A stretch of 64,000 bases of DNA. Origin: an uncultured Gammaproteobacteria bacterium (GTDB lineage: Bacteria > Patescibacteriota > Microgenomatia > Levybacterales > GWA1-39-11). The translations under genes and the position numbers were made by a program. Each line of letters begins with the position of its first letter. The first letter of the stretch is position 1. A model generated the notes under the pieces. That model saw only the letters and a program-made list of their open reading frames with translations, had not been told where the DNA came from and did no database searches. The stretch lies in NCBI GenBank assembly GCA_964394645.1, contig CAYMYC010000002.1, positions 28,105 through 92,104 on the forward strand. The letters are read 5' to 3'. Of the stretch, positions 27,069 to 36,475 are shown one piece after another.

Positions 27069-27743
27069 TTGGCGATAATGAACAAAATATTAGTCGTTGA
27101 GGATGACGATGCAATACGGAATGGGATTTGTGATTTTTTGATTTCAAACAATTATCTAGTCGAGTCAGTATCTGATGGGGCATCAGCAATTGGTGCAGTT
27201 AAAAAAAATCTCCCAGACCTAATAATTTTAGATCTTACCCTCCCTAAGATCACAGGGGAATCTGTGTGTAAGGAAATAAAAAAAAGTAATCCTGAACTTC
27301 CAATAATTATTCTTACAGCAAAAAATAAGTCAACAGATGTCCTTGGAGGATTTTCCTTGGGAGCAGATGATTATATTAGTAAACCGTTTGAGCTAGAAGA
27401 GCTTATGGTAAGAATTCATGCTCGAATTAAAAAAAATTACCCAAGCACTAAATTAGAGGCTGGGGATTTGGTTCTTGATCCCCAAACAATGCTTGTAACA
27501 CGGGGAGGAAAAGAGATCATGCTTACTCCTCATGAGTTTAGATTGCTTGAATTTTTACTCATGAATAAAGGAAAGGTATTAACCCGCGATATGATTCTAA
27601 GTAGGGTATGGGAATACTCTTACGATGTAGATACGAGGGTGGTTGATGTTTATGTAGGGTATTTGAGAAAGAAAATAGATTTTGGTCACACAAAAAAACT
27701 CATATCATCCATGCGAGGATTTGGGTATGTCATCAAAGAATAG
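27069..27743 (+). CDS. OmpR/PhoB-family response regulator (receiver plus winged-helix DNA-binding domain)
   Basis: VVEDDD, DLIILDLTLP and the C-terminal LTPHEFRLLEFL...VDVYVGYLRKKID are present. Confidence 0.85.
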   Translation: MAIMNKILVVEDDDAIRNGICDFLISNNYLVESVSDGASAIGAVKKNLPDLIILDLTLPKITGESVCKEIKKSNPELPIIILTAKNKSTDVLGGFSLGADDYISKPFELEELMVRIHARIKKNYPSTKLEAGDLVLDPQTMLVTRGGKEIMLTPHEFRLLEFLLMNKGKVLTRDMILSRVWEYSYDVDTRVVDVYVGYLRKKIDFGHTKKLISSMRGFGYVIKE

Positions 27744-27914
27744 AAGGTTCCCTCTTACAGTCTTCTTTCATTTTTTTTATTTGCTTCTTAGATGCACGCA
27801 CTATACTTTCTATATGTTAATTTTACTTTCAGATATATTTAATTACACATTTTTCAGGTCGTTTTGGGATGTTTTAATGACGAGTCCATCAGAGGATCGG
27901 TACGTTTAATAAAT

Positions 27915-28181
27915 ATGAAAATTTCAATTTCAAACTCAACAGATATTGTGCAGAAAATTCAAAGTATTGACGAGCGGACGCGCGTGGAGATTGCCCGTGT
28001 GCAAGAAAAATTGCAACAAGACATACAATTAATAAAAGAGGCAGCGGAGGGGAAAATTATGACAATTCAAGAGCAAGCTGAAAAGGATAAAAAATTTGAA
28101 GTAGCCTCAGCAGCACAAGTTATAAGAGATGAGTCGCAAGAAATGGTTCAGGAAATAGAAAATCTGGCATACACTGGATAA
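27915..28181 (+). CDS. Hypothetical coiled-coil protein
   Basis: Its charged heptad-rich sequence suggests this, and an internal ATG at 27915 is preferred over the ORF track start. Confidence 0.3.
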   Translation: MKISISNSTDIVQKIQSIDERTRVEIARVQEKLQQDIQLIKEAAEGKIMTIQEQAEKDKKFEVASAAQVIRDESQEMVQEIENLAYTG

Positions 28182-28226
28182 ATGCGTTACGGATATTGTA
28201 GCTTCAAAACTTAAAAGAAAGACTTT

Positions 28227-28760
28227 ATGCAGGATATAATATTAAAACCAATGAGTACGTCTAGGCTTTTTCCTCAGAGAAATTCTGTTTCTGATAAAAC
28301 AGGATACCCACAGAAGGTGGATGAGGATCCGATAGTGCTTGTTGACAAATATCTTAAAAAACAGTTCCTTCCTGCGTCTCTTATCTCTCCCGAACTATTC
28401 AGATTAAAGAGTATTTGGCCGTTTGAACTGCTGCCTGATGTGCTTATCATTGAAGAGAAAAGGATAGTAATACATGAGAAAAGTTTTCCCTACTTTATAA
28501 CTACGCAGACTGTTCCTTTGGATAGGATTTTTGTTTTTCAAATCACTAAATCCTTATTCTTTTCATCAATATACATAAAGGCAGATTACTCAAGCAATGT
28601 TGATCACACCATCAACTGGGTGAAGCATGAAGACGCTAAGCGTGCGAAGGAAATTGTGGATGGATTAAAGTTAAAGCAGGCGGAAAGCGTTAAGGTTCCA
28701 GAAGCAAATTCTGACAAGTACATGCAGACTTTGCAGGTTTTAGGGAATATATATTCTTGA
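28227..28760 (+). CDS. Hypothetical protein, possibly a bacterial PH-domain-like fold
   Basis: A clean ORF with no catalytic motifs. Confidence 0.35.
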   Translation: MQDIILKPMSTSRLFPQRNSVSDKTGYPQKVDEDPIVLVDKYLKKQFLPASLISPELFRLKSIWPFELLPDVLIIEEKRIVIHEKSFPYFITTQTVPLDRIFVFQITKSLFFSSIYIKADYSSNVDHTINWVKHEDAKRAKEIVDGLKLKQAESVKVPEANSDKYMQTLQVLGNIYS

Positions 28761-28801
28761 AATCACAATTTGAAGCAAAATATGCCTCAAATTCAGCTGT
28801 G

Positions 28802-28871
28802 TTGCGGGGCCGGGAATCGCACCCGGCCTAGAAGATTATGAGCCTTCTGTGCGGCTTTACACTACCCCGCG
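28802..28871 (-). tRNA. tRNA-Met (anticodon CAU) with a C1:A72 mismatch at the top of the acceptor stem, suggesting initiator tRNA-fMet
   Basis: In the manual fold the acceptor is CGCGGGG/CCCCGCA with the first pair mismatched, followed by U8 A9. The anticodon stem is GAAGG/UCUUC, the loop is CUCAUAA and the T-stem is CCGGG/CCCGG. The exact ends are uncertain by 1-2 nt. Confidence 0.6.
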
Positions 28872-28957
28872 CGTTGGAGTTATTATAGCTTCTTTTGCGC
28901 CTGATAGCAAGCGTAGACGTTTGCTTTTTGATTTACTTCCTGTTAAAATCTTTTCTT

Positions 28958-29698
28958 ATGGCACAAAGAGAAAAGCTAAAGGCTGAGAAACGAGAGATAA
29001 CAGGTAAAAAGGTTAGGAAATTAAGACGAGAAGGAATTATCCCCGCAAATATTTACGGTGCTGATTTTGCTTCCATGGCAGTGCAACTTCCCATTAAAGA
29101 ATTTGACAAGGTTTTTAGTAAGGTTCATGAGACTGGTTTGGTAGATCTTACACTAGACGGATCAGTAATCCCTGTTCTTATTAAAAATGTTCAAATAAAT
29201 CCAGTCACAGAAATGACTCTTCATGCAGATTTCCATAAGGTTAACTTAAAAGAAAAGATAACTGCTAAAGTTCCGGTTGAAGCAATTGGTGAGGCAACGG
29301 CTCAAACTGACAAGGTTGGTCTATTAGAACAGCCAATAATGGAGCTTGAGGTTGAGGCGCTACCTACCGATCTTCCTGAAAAAATTGAAGTAAATATTAC
29401 TCATCTTGCCGCAGTCGATGAGCAGATTTTAGCGTCTGATATTACGATTCCAACAGGCGTTACTCTTGTAACAGACGGAGGTCAGGTAGTGTTCAAGATT
29501 GGTGAGTTAGTCACAAAGGAAATGGAAGAGCAAATGGCAGCTGATGAGGCAGCAACTGATGCGGCAGTAGAGGCTGAAGGAGAGGCAAAAGAAGGTACGA
29601 CGGAAGAAGTTGAGGGTGAAACAAAAGAAGAAGATGGTAAGAAAGAAGCTCCATCAGAGAACGCCGCAGGAGATTCAAAAGATAAACCCCAAGAGTAA
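28958..29698 (+). CDS. rplY: 50S ribosomal protein L25 / general stress protein Ctc, with an acidic C-terminal extension
   Basis: MAQREKLKAEKREITGKKVRKLRREGIIPANIYG is the typical L25 N-terminus. Confidence 0.8.
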   Translation: MAQREKLKAEKREITGKKVRKLRREGIIPANIYGADFASMAVQLPIKEFDKVFSKVHETGLVDLTLDGSVIPVLIKNVQINPVTEMTLHADFHKVNLKEKITAKVPVEAIGEATAQTDKVGLLEQPIMELEVEALPTDLPEKIEVNITHLAAVDEQILASDITIPTGVTLVTDGGQVVFKIGELVTKEMEEQMAADEAATDAAVEAEGEAKEGTTEEVEGETKEEDGKKEAPSENAAGDSKDKPQE

Positions 29699-29701
29699 CT
29701 C

Positions 29702-30079
29702 CTATAATCTTTGCAGTAGCTTTGTGCTTGGTTCAAAATTTGGATTTAACTGTAGGGACTTTTGTGCATATTCCCGTGCTTTTTCTGTATCCCCTACCCA
29801 CTTCGCGTATACTGCTGCGTTATAATACACTTCAGGGTAATCTTTATATTTTGTAAAATTTTTTTCCCAAAAAACAAGGCGTTGAAGCGTTATTATCCGT
29901 TCTTTCTGGACAGTTTTATATAAGAAGAATAAATACACAGTACAAGATAATAAAAATATGAAGAGCAAAATCGCAAAGCTAAAGGCATACGCAGAATACA
30001 TTTTTTTGTTTTGAGCAATGTGATTTTTGGTTGCGGTAATGATTCGGTAATTATGCGGTAATAACTGTTTTATATTCAT
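29702..30079 (-). CDS. Hypothetical single-pass membrane protein with a TPR-like C-terminus
   Basis: The ORF is convergent with rplY. Confidence 0.3.
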   Translation of the reverse strand: MNIKQLLPHNYRIITATKNHIAQNKKMYSAYAFSFAILLFIFLLSCTVYLFFLYKTVQKERIITLQRLVFWEKNFTKYKDYPEVYYNAAVYAKWVGDTEKAREYAQKSLQLNPNFEPSTKLLQRL

Positions 30080-30167
30080 TGATCTATTATCGCAAGGGGC
30101 AGATTATATGTCAAAGCTTGACAATGTAAGAGTTTATATATATACTATGGGCGGAATTGAGCTTGTT

Positions 30168-30332
30168 TTTTTGAATTAAGAGCGTGTAGATCCCATTTAT
30201 GGGATAACGAGGAGAAGGTCTTTTGCCAACGACGGTAAAAGAGATCGGACCCCACTCACATAAAAAGTGAGGGGAGGATTTGCGGAAACCTTCAGGTTGT
30301 AATGCCAACCTAAAGAATTTTTTAACACTCTT
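30168..30332 (+). ncRNA. Candidate glmS (GlcN6P-responsive) ribozyme in the 5' leader of glmS
   Basis: It lies on the plus strand about 100-260 nt upstream of glmS. An AG-CG(U)G cleavage-site-like start at about 30181 is followed by a P1 hairpin GAUCCCA-UUU-UGGGAUA. The highly conserved core ACGAGGAG, then GG..CGG..GAUCGGACC and a CCCCACUCAC/GUGAGGGG hairpin resemble the P2/P2.1 and P3 regions of Firmicute glmS ribozymes. It was not checked with a covariance model. Confidence 0.4.
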
Positions 30333-30432
30333 TAGTAATAAGGAGAATAAAGAAAAATTTATGCACTACTCGTCTCACTTCCCCAAGGTATTTTTTTTAT
30401 AAATAGCCTTTGTTTTTTTCAATTATTTTTAT

Positions 30433-32199
30433 ATGTGTGGAATATTAGGTTATATTGGACCAAAAAAGAACGCTGCAAATATAGTACTTGATGGTTTAAA
30501 AACTCTTGAATATAGAGGGTATGATTCATGGGGTGTTGCAGTAAACGGTGAAGAAAAAATAGCCATAGAGAAGCATGTAGGAAAGATCGGTGGAGCCTCT
30601 ACTACATTATCCGAAAGTTTCTTGGGAATTGGGCATACCCGATGGGCAACTCACGGCGGAGTTACTGTGGAAAATGCTCACCCTCACTTAGACTGCAATC
30701 ACAGAATTGCCTTAGTTCACAATGGAATCGTTGAGAATTACAAAGAGCTAAAGGAAGGTTTAATGAAGCGAAAACATGTCTTTGTTTCAGGGACAGACAC
30801 AGAAGTAATAGTGCATTTAATTGAGGAGGAATTAAAAAAAGATGATAATCTTTCCCATGCAGTATTTTCTGTATTTCAAAAGCTTCATGGACTTTCAGCA
30901 GTGGTTGTAATGGATCATAAGACACACGCGCTCGTTGTTGCAAAAAACGGATCACCCCTGGTTATTGGAGTTGGAAAAGCTGAATATTTTGTAGCTTCTG
31001 ATATGTCAGCAATTCTTCCTCACACAAAAAATATGATTTTTCTTGAAGATCATATGCTTGCTACCCTTTCAGATTCTATAGAGATTTTGTCATTGAAAAC
31101 CGGTAAAAAAGAAAAACCAAATATACAGGAAATTAATTGGCAGCAGGAATCAGCGCATCTTGGAGAATTTAAGCATTTTATGGTTAAGGAAATTGCTGAA
31201 CAGCCGATTGTTATTGAGCATTTAGCAAATGAGTGTTTACCTGAAATAAAAAAGCTATCAAATGTTGTGAAAAGTGCTCATGGAACATTCTTTATTGCGG
31301 CAGGAACAGCATATCATGCATGCTTATCCGGTATTTATCTTTTTTCAAGAATTGCAAAAATTCATGTGAACTCTGCTATTGCTTCAGAGTTTAATTATGT
31401 TGAAGATTTTTTGAAGAAAAAAAGTTTGGTTATGGCGTTTTCACAAAGTGGTGAAACTATAGATGTTGTTGAACCTTTAACACGAGCACAAGAAAAGGGT
31501 GCAACAATTGCGGCTGTTGTCAACGTTATAGGCTCAACCATTTACAGAATGGCGGATTATAAAATGTTGTTAGGCGCAGGTCCTGAGAAGGCTGTTGCGT
31601 CAACCAAGGCATATATCGCAAAACTTACTACCCTTTTACTGTTAGCATACTCCCTGGACAACAAGACACAGGAGATCCTTCCGTATGTGCACATGGCTGC
31701 AGATGAGATTAGGAGTATGCTGGACAAGAAAAAACTGCAAAAAATAAAACGTTTGGCAGGAAGTCTTGCAAGCACGCAAAGCATGTTTATTATTGGGCGT
31801 GGAATGTCTTACCCAAGTGCTCTTGAAGCAGCTTTAAAAATAAAAGAAGTAACTTATATTCATACTGAAGGGCTTGCTGGGGGAGAGTTAAAACATGGAA
31901 CAATAGCACTTATTCAAAAAGGAACTCCATGTATAGTTTTTGCGCCACTGGATGAGACATATGAGGCAATAATTTCAAATGCTATTGAAATACGGTCCCG
32001 TGGGGCACGAATTATTGGTATAAGTCCTAAGAACTCTGATGCATTTGATGACTTTATAGAAGTTAAGGATTTAAAAGACGCGACTATCCTTACGCAAATT
32101 GTGCCAGTCCAACTGTTATCCTATTACATTGCTCTTGCAAAAGGGATAACTGATCCAGACAAGCCAAGAAACCTTGCAAAGTCCGTTACCGTAAAGTAA
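30433..32199 (+). CDS. glmS: Glutamine--fructose-6-phosphate aminotransferase (isomerising)
   Basis: The N-terminal MCGILGY (Cys1 nucleophile) and two SIS domains are present, in 588 aa. Confidence 0.9.
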   Translation: MCGILGYIGPKKNAANIVLDGLKTLEYRGYDSWGVAVNGEEKIAIEKHVGKIGGASTTLSESFLGIGHTRWATHGGVTVENAHPHLDCNHRIALVHNGIVENYKELKEGLMKRKHVFVSGTDTEVIVHLIEEELKKDDNLSHAVFSVFQKLHGLSAVVVMDHKTHALVVAKNGSPLVIGVGKAEYFVASDMSAILPHTKNMIFLEDHMLATLSDSIEILSLKTGKKEKPNIQEINWQQESAHLGEFKHFMVKEIAEQPIVIEHLANECLPEIKKLSNVVKSAHGTFFIAAGTAYHACLSGIYLFSRIAKIHVNSAIASEFNYVEDFLKKKSLVMAFSQSGETIDVVEPLTRAQEKGATIAAVVNVIGSTIYRMADYKMLLGAGPEKAVASTKAYIAKLTTLLLLAYSLDNKTQEILPYVHMAADEIRSMLDKKKLQKIKRLAGSLASTQSMFIIGRGMSYPSALEAALKIKEVTYIHTEGLAGGELKHGTIALIQKGTPCIVFAPLDETYEAIISNAIEIRSRGARIIGISPKNSDAFDDFIEVKDLKDATILTQIVPVQLLSYYIALAKGITDPDKPRNLAKSVTVK

Positions 32200-32203
32200 G
32201 TAT

Positions 32204-34039
32204 CTAGTCTACCTTCCAGATTTCAGCATTTGCGTTTTGATATATCCTTTTTAGCCCCAAGTCTTGAGGTAAATATGGGAGCGATTCAATATAATCCTCA
32301 TATTTTGAAAGATAAATATATCTGATATTTTTTTTCTTCAGGATACTTTTTGCATTTATACTTGAGCGCGCGAGTAAAAACGATATATCAATCTGAACAG
32401 GCTTATTAGTAAATAGACTAATATAAGATTTCTTACCGGCAGCTGCAGCAGGCTTATATTGGCTCGTAAATGCGCATTTAATGCAGTCTCTATCAAAAGA
32501 GAGCACATTACCCATTTTTTGCTTTTTTAGTACTTGTAGCGCGTCATACTCTGATTGACTGATATAAAATGATTGAGGGACTATAAACGGAATGTTTCCA
32601 GAAAGAAACGGAAAGCGCCTTTTTATGGTAAAGGGAAAAGCAATAGATGCATCTTTGAATACCATACCGTTTTCGGGCACAGAATATTTTTTGCCGAAGG
32701 TAAATGTTTTAGTTGGTAAGGTTACAGAATTATCTCTGAATTCTACAGTTCCCTTTTCAAATACTAATGATTTGTTTGTTACCTTCAATAGTTCACCAAA
32801 ATTATAGTTTTCTTGAGTTCCTGGGTTAATTTCTGTATCTATTAAAAAAGGGAGCGTTATAGGTAGATTATTTTGCATATTTTTTTCACTATAAAATGGT
32901 TCTTTAAAGTTTGAGTAGTATTCCCTCAGGTCAATTATTTGTAGCCTCTTTGTTTTTGAGTCATATAAAAAGCCAATTCTATAATATGGTGTTTGCATCC
33001 AGATAGACTGAGCAGTAGTCTTTTCTAAAAGATCATGAGAATAAACAAGATGATTCGGAGAAATGGAAGGGAATGACACACGATACCACTTTGAAAACTC
33101 CGCCATGGTAAGAGGTTTTGTATTATTTGTTTGCGCGAATTGCTTTATCATATCTAGTTGTACTGCATAGTTAGTTTTATATGTTAAAGGATCTAAGTCT
33201 CCTTCAAGCCCCACCGTTATATGTCCAAATGAGTTTCTATATTGAGGAAGAGCAAACGTAGACAGCAGCTTTTCAAAATAGGAAGAGTTTATCTTTAGCG
33301 TTGAGTAGTCTTGCACGCTATACATGCTTGCCGCGTTGTGGCTTGGGCTGTGATACCCATAAATCGGGTCACGCGCCGCCCACCGTAAAGATACTATATC
33401 CAATTTTTCGCTTTTATTTTTTGCAGGTATAGCAGCATGTGTTTTATTAGGATAGTATGGTACTGACCACCAAGTTCCCCATACTGTGTAGTGGTCAAGG
33501 TCATATTGGTCTGAAACTCCAAGTACGCTTACAATGTTATATTTTTTCTTCATGTATTCGAGTGAATAGGAATCAACCCACCATGCTCCTACAGAAACTG
33601 GGTAATAGCCGAAGTTATCCTTAAAGGTATTAAAGACCGTATCTATCAGTTTCTTCCGGTCGTTTTGTGTGTATCCTGATAGAAATATTGAAGTAGCATA
33701 ATGCCATGATGAAGTGTTGTTATAGGCTACATTTGCCTTTTTTGAAAGTTCAGGAGTTACTTCCAAAAATATGCCGATTTCCTGATCGTGATTTAAGCTT
33801 TTTAATTCCTTCACGAAGTCGTTTTTAGTAAGAACGTTATACGTTACAAGCCAAGTAGCGGGTAAATTTCTGGATTCTACCTCATGCTTTTCCGCCTGAA
33901 AACTCGCAAGATAACTCTTTGTGTAGGAAGAGATTCTTAGTGGGTTAACAATAGTGATAAATGAGTTCTCACTTGCAAAAATTTGTGAGGGGAATAGGAG
34001 AAAAGCAACAAAAAAAAGACAGATGAGTAATTTATGCAT
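32204..34039 (-). CDS. Large secreted hypothetical protein (signal peptide, aromatic-rich, possibly carbohydrate-active)
   Basis: The signal peptide is MHKLLICLFFVAFLLFPSQIFA, and many W/Y-rich segments follow. The function was not recognised. Confidence 0.45.
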   Translation of the reverse strand: MHKLLICLFFVAFLLFPSQIFASENSFITIVNPLRISSYTKSYLASFQAEKHEVESRNLPATWLVTYNVLTKNDFVKELKSLNHDQEIGIFLEVTPELSKKANVAYNNTSSWHYATSIFLSGYTQNDRKKLIDTVFNTFKDNFGYYPVSVGAWWVDSYSLEYMKKKYNIVSVLGVSDQYDLDHYTVWGTWWSVPYYPNKTHAAIPAKNKSEKLDIVSLRWAARDPIYGYHSPSHNAASMYSVQDYSTLKINSSYFEKLLSTFALPQYRNSFGHITVGLEGDLDPLTYKTNYAVQLDMIKQFAQTNNTKPLTMAEFSKWYRVSFPSISPNHLVYSHDLLEKTTAQSIWMQTPYYRIGFLYDSKTKRLQIIDLREYYSNFKEPFYSEKNMQNNLPITLPFLIDTEINPGTQENYNFGELLKVTNKSLVFEKGTVEFRDNSVTLPTKTFTFGKKYSVPENGMVFKDASIAFPFTIKRRFPFLSGNIPFIVPQSFYISQSEYDALQVLKKQKMGNVLSFDRDCIKCAFTSQYKPAAAAGKKSYISLFTNKPVQIDISFLLARSSINAKSILKKKNIRYIYLSKYEDYIESLPYLPQDLGLKRIYQNANAEIWKVD

Positions 34040-36158
34040 ATGTACTTGGCCAAGGAGAAATAATAAGCATTTTGTTCTCAAGTTTTAATTCCTGATTTAT
34101 TTTTTCAGTAATAAATGGCATAAATGGATGGAGTAGAAGCAGGAGGTTTGTATAGAGTAAAATTAGTATGGAATAAGAGTCGTTGTCAATTCTGTTTTTA
34201 ACATCCTCTATATAAATATCTGCAAACTCATGCCAAATAAATTCATACAGTCTTTCCGCTGCTAAATTAAACTGATAGGAGTCAAGATATTTTGTAATTT
34301 CCAAATTTAAATTATTTACCTTTGTAACCCACTCTTGGTCTATTGTATTTTTAGCTTTTACGTTTGAAGTAGTTATTTTCATTTGTGATTTGCTTTCAGT
34401 GATTTTATCTTTTTGCATCTCTATAAAGCGTCCAATATTCCAAATTTTATTGGCAAATTTTCTTGCGGCTTCAAGCTTTGGATATGAAAGGGCTTGATCA
34501 TTTCCGGTTGCGTTTCCATAGATTAGAGCGAAGCGCACTGCGTCAGCACCATATTCATCCACCAATTCAAGTGGGTTGATAACATTTCCCCGGCTTTTAC
34601 TCATTTTTTTCCCATAGGGATCATTTACTATTCCATGGAATAAAACCCTTTTAAAGGGGATATCGTCTGTTATATAAAGTCCAAGCATGACCATTCTGGT
34701 TACCCAGGCTTTTAAGATGTCATACGCTGTTTCCATAACATCTGTAGGATAAAATTTATCAAAGTCGCCTGTCTTCCCAGTATTTAAAGTTAAATAAGGC
34801 CATTGTCCTGAGGAGAACCATGTATCAAAAGTATCTGGGTCCTGAGCTAGCTTTAAAGACTTACACTCATGGCACTGTTTGGGGATTTCACCCTCTGTTA
34901 TAACCCAAGCATCACAATCACTACATTTCCACGCAGGGATTCGTATTCCCCATGCTATTTGTCTGCTTATATTCCAATCGTGTAGATTATCTAACCATTG
35001 AAAGTAGATTGCCTCAAAATTTTTAGGGGTTATCGCAATTTTGCCTGTTTTAACAACAGCTATTGCGTTATCCGCAAGTGTTTTTACTTTTATAAACCAT
35101 TGTTCTCGTGGAAGAGGTTCAAGCTCATGCTTGCATTTATAGCAAGTTTTTCTAATTGTTGTATATGTCCGCTCTCCTTTTAGCAGGTTTTTCTTACGTA
35201 ATAACTGAAGCGTTTTTTCGCGTGCAGGTTTAACAAAAAGCCCGTCTACAAGTCCTGTATTTATCATCTTACCGTCAAAGCCAACCACTTGAACTCCTGT
35301 TAGTTGGTGTCTTATTGCGACTTCCCAATCATCAAAATTTTGCATAGGTGTAACTTTTACAGCTCCAGTACCAAACTCTTTATTTACAAAATTATCTTCA
35401 ATGATGGGAATTTCCCGGTTCGTTAGTGGGAGTAGTACGTTTTTCCCAATAAAATGTGAGTACCTTGTATCAGTTGGGTTTACCATAACTGCTACATCAC
35501 CAAATAACGTTTCTGGTCTACTTGTTGCAACAACAATCTCTCCTCCTCCATCAATTGGGTAAGAAATCTCATAGAGTAATCCTTGGGTCTCTTCAGTAAC
35601 TACCTCAAGATCTGAAAAGGAAGTTCCATCAAATGTACAATAGTTAACTAATTTGTACCCTCTATATATAAGATTATCATTATGCATTCGATGAAACGTT
35701 TTATAGACAAGTTTAATAATTTCTGGATCAAGTGTATATTTTTCTCTTGACCAATCAAGAGAAAACCCAAGTCTTTTTAGTTGTTTTTGAATTCCTCCCC
35801 TATTCTGCTCAACATATTCATGAATCATTGAATAAAGCGTTGTTTGGTCAAAATCTAGTCTGCTCCTTCCTTCTTCTTTCAATTTTTTCTCAAAAACAAA
35901 TTGAGTTTCTATTCCTGCGTGGTCTGTTCCTGGAAGCCATAGTGCTGCGTATCCTTTCATGCGATGGTATCTAATTAAAATATCCTCAACGGTAAACATG
36001 GCATGACCAAAATGAAGAGCGCCATTTGCGTTTGGAGGAGGGAGAATTATTGAATATGGTTTGCCATTTGGATGTACCTCAGGTTTAAAATAACCGTTAT
36101 CTTCCCATGATGCGTATATTTTCTCCTCTGAACCTATGTGGTTGTATGCTTTATCCAT
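34032..36158 (-). CDS. valS: Valine--tRNA ligase, a short form lacking the C-terminal coiled-coil
   Basis: HIGH region PNANGALHFGHA and KMSKS are present. At 708 aa it is shorter than the roughly 880 aa typical of ValS. Confidence 0.9.
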   Translation of the reverse strand: MDKAYNHIGSEEKIYASWEDNGYFKPEVHPNGKPYSIILPPPNANGALHFGHAMFTVEDILIRYHRMKGYAALWLPGTDHAGIETQFVFEKKLKEEGRSRLDFDQTTLYSMIHEYVEQNRGGIQKQLKRLGFSLDWSREKYTLDPEIIKLVYKTFHRMHNDNLIYRGYKLVNYCTFDGTSFSDLEVVTEETQGLLYEISYPIDGGGEIVVATSRPETLFGDVAVMVNPTDTRYSHFIGKNVLLPLTNREIPIIEDNFVNKEFGTGAVKVTPMQNFDDWEVAIRHQLTGVQVVGFDGKMINTGLVDGLFVKPAREKTLQLLRKKNLLKGERTYTTIRKTCYKCKHELEPLPREQWFIKVKTLADNAIAVVKTGKIAITPKNFEAIYFQWLDNLHDWNISRQIAWGIRIPAWKCSDCDAWVITEGEIPKQCHECKSLKLAQDPDTFDTWFSSGQWPYLTLNTGKTGDFDKFYPTDVMETAYDILKAWVTRMVMLGLYITDDIPFKRVLFHGIVNDPYGKKMSKSRGNVINPLELVDEYGADAVRFALIYGNATGNDQALSYPKLEAARKFANKIWNIGRFIEMQKDKITESKSQMKITTSNVKAKNTIDQEWVTKVNNLNLEITKYLDSYQFNLAAERLYEFIWHEFADIYIEDVKNRIDNDSYSILILLYTNLLLLLHPFMPFITEKINQELKLENKMLIISPWPSTYA

Positions 36159-36235
36159 ATTGAGGCTAATTGTAGCACAAAATAAATATTAGTAGTAGTA
36201 AAGTTTTTTAAACCTATCCATTTTAGAATGCTAGT

Positions 36236-36475
36236 TTATATAAAGAGGAAGAACAGAAGAGTAAAGACTCCTAAGAGCAAGAGAGATGCAATTACTTGAA
36301 TTGAAGCAGCTTCCTTAACTAGCAATGGAAGTGTAATATCCAGGCGTTTTGCAATCCTTAGTGTTTCCCTTTGGTGTAAATAATTTACTGCCAGGAGTAA
36401 AAGAAGCGTGACCAATATAATAATTTTTATAAAAAATGCAATTGTCATCATATTAATTATGTAGTTGTGTTCCAT
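36236..36475 (-). CDS. Small two-TM membrane protein
   Basis: Hydrophobic 79-aa ORF overlapping the upstream gene by 23 nt. Confidence 0.3.
   Translation of the reverse strand: MEHNYIINMMTIAFFIKIIILVTLLLLLAVNYLHQRETLRIAKRLDITLPLLVKEAASIQVIASLLLLGVFTLLFFLFI

Noticed and set aside
27744-27790. Possible rho-independent terminator after the OmpR regulator (AGAAG…CUUCU stem followed by UUUCAUUUUUUUU)
   Set aside because: The stem is only 5 bp with a 15-nt loop, which is too weak to call. It is mentioned only as a possibility.
30111-30308. Minus-strand 65-aa ORF in the glmS leader
   Set aside because: It lies antisense across the candidate glmS ribozyme and has no RBS, so the region is better explained as a cis-regulatory RNA.
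32204-34081. Possible gene fusion or overlap of the secreted hypothetical protein with valS (a 50-nt overlap in the ORF track)
   Set aside because: Using the signal-peptide Met (MHKLLICLFF…) at 34039 reduces the overlap to 8 nt, an ordinary compact-genome overlap rather than a frameshift.
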